The translations under genes and the position numbers were made by a program. Positions 1-24,250 of a DNA stretch of 24,250 nt are shown one piece after another (within the stretch, counting starts at the first letter, position 1; the number at the start of each line of letters is the position of its first letter). The notes below the pieces were generated by a model. That model did no database searches. It was not told the origin of the DNA and was given only the letters and a program-made list of their open reading frames with translations. The stretch is taken from contig CBDBZY010000053.1 of the NCBI GenBank assembly GCA_965213685.1, forward strand, positions 1 through 24,250. The letters are read 5' to 3'. This stretch comes from a bacterium (GTDB lineage: Bacteria; UBA8248).

Positions 1-23672
<23,672 letters not shown>

Positions 23673-24040
23673 CTGCAGCCACACAGCATGTGCCAGCAGT
23701 GACCACAATAGCTGGCAATACAGCAGACCAACTCCAGCAAAGGCACAAGTATATACAATGTACATGAAATAACATGTGCATAGCACACCAGCTAGAAAGA
23801 GTCAAAGAAAGTTAAAAGAAAGGTGAATTAAGGCCATAACCCCCTATACGTATACATGTAACACAATGAGCACAAGACACCTGGATGCCCAGCTTTGAGA
23901 ACTGGGGCGGTGGGTTGAAGATCTTTTATGGCGCCATGATATGATATTGACATGACATGACATGACATGACATGATATTGTACAATATACAGTACTAAGA
24001 AACTTCTAAGTACATGTGACTCTAGCCAAAGTTGACTTTG

Positions 24041-24084
24041 ATCGCAACATTTCAATACTCATACAAGCATCATCTTCAGGGAAT
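24041..24084 (-). ncRNA. Degenerate minimal type I hammerhead ribozyme motif
   Basis: AUUCC-CUGAAGA-U-GAUGCUU-guau-GAGUAUU-GAAA-UGUU-GCGAU; helix II depends on G-U pairs and helix I has one mismatch. Confidence 0.5.
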
Positions 24085-24096
24085 GGAGAGTAGTAA

Positions 24097-24250
24097 AGGC
24101 TCCCATACACGAGGCAACTTTGTTGCCGGCAACAGTTGCCTGCAACAATGTTGCCACGTGTATGATGCAATGTTGCAATGTTGCGTGTTGCCGGCAACTG
24201 TTGCTCGGAAATAGAACTATAGCCTAAACGCCAGCAACGGTTGCCGGCAA
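24097..24250. mobile_element. Left part of a palindrome-rich MITE-like element (possibly PIF/Harbinger-like), cut by the window edge
   Basis: Starts taa-aggctcccatacacg; inverted repeat catacacgaggcaac / gttgccacgtgtatg; palindrome gttgccggcaac at 24122, 24187 and 24240. The right end is not visible. Confidence 0.6.

Overview
Eukaryotic (animal) genomic DNA. Almost the whole window is the middle of one minus-strand axonemal dynein heavy chain gene, DNAH10-like (inner arm dynein f/I1 alpha type). I traced 34 GT-AG exons by hand; they splice in frame without a stop into 6474 nt (2158 codons), running from the end of the linker through AAA1-AAA4, the stalk/microtubule-binding domain and AAA5 into the strut region. 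Both ends of the gene lie outside the window. The introns contain alternating purine-pyrimidine TACATG-type repeats (reminiscent of demosponge genomes; the taxon is an inference), microsatellites, a 31-bp and a 35-bp minisatellite, three complete MITEs and one partial MITE. They also contain two families of dispersed repeats built around an internal tRNA cloverleaf (8 and 4 copies) and two degenerate minimal hammerhead ribozymes of the Penelope type. The most unusual items are the tRNA-core repeats: the tRNA is not at the 5' end as in a normal SINE, one end is fixed against TACATG tracts, and one family forms a 315-bp head-to-tail unit. Most long ORFs in the track are artefacts of repeats. I see no prokaryotic or CRISPR system.
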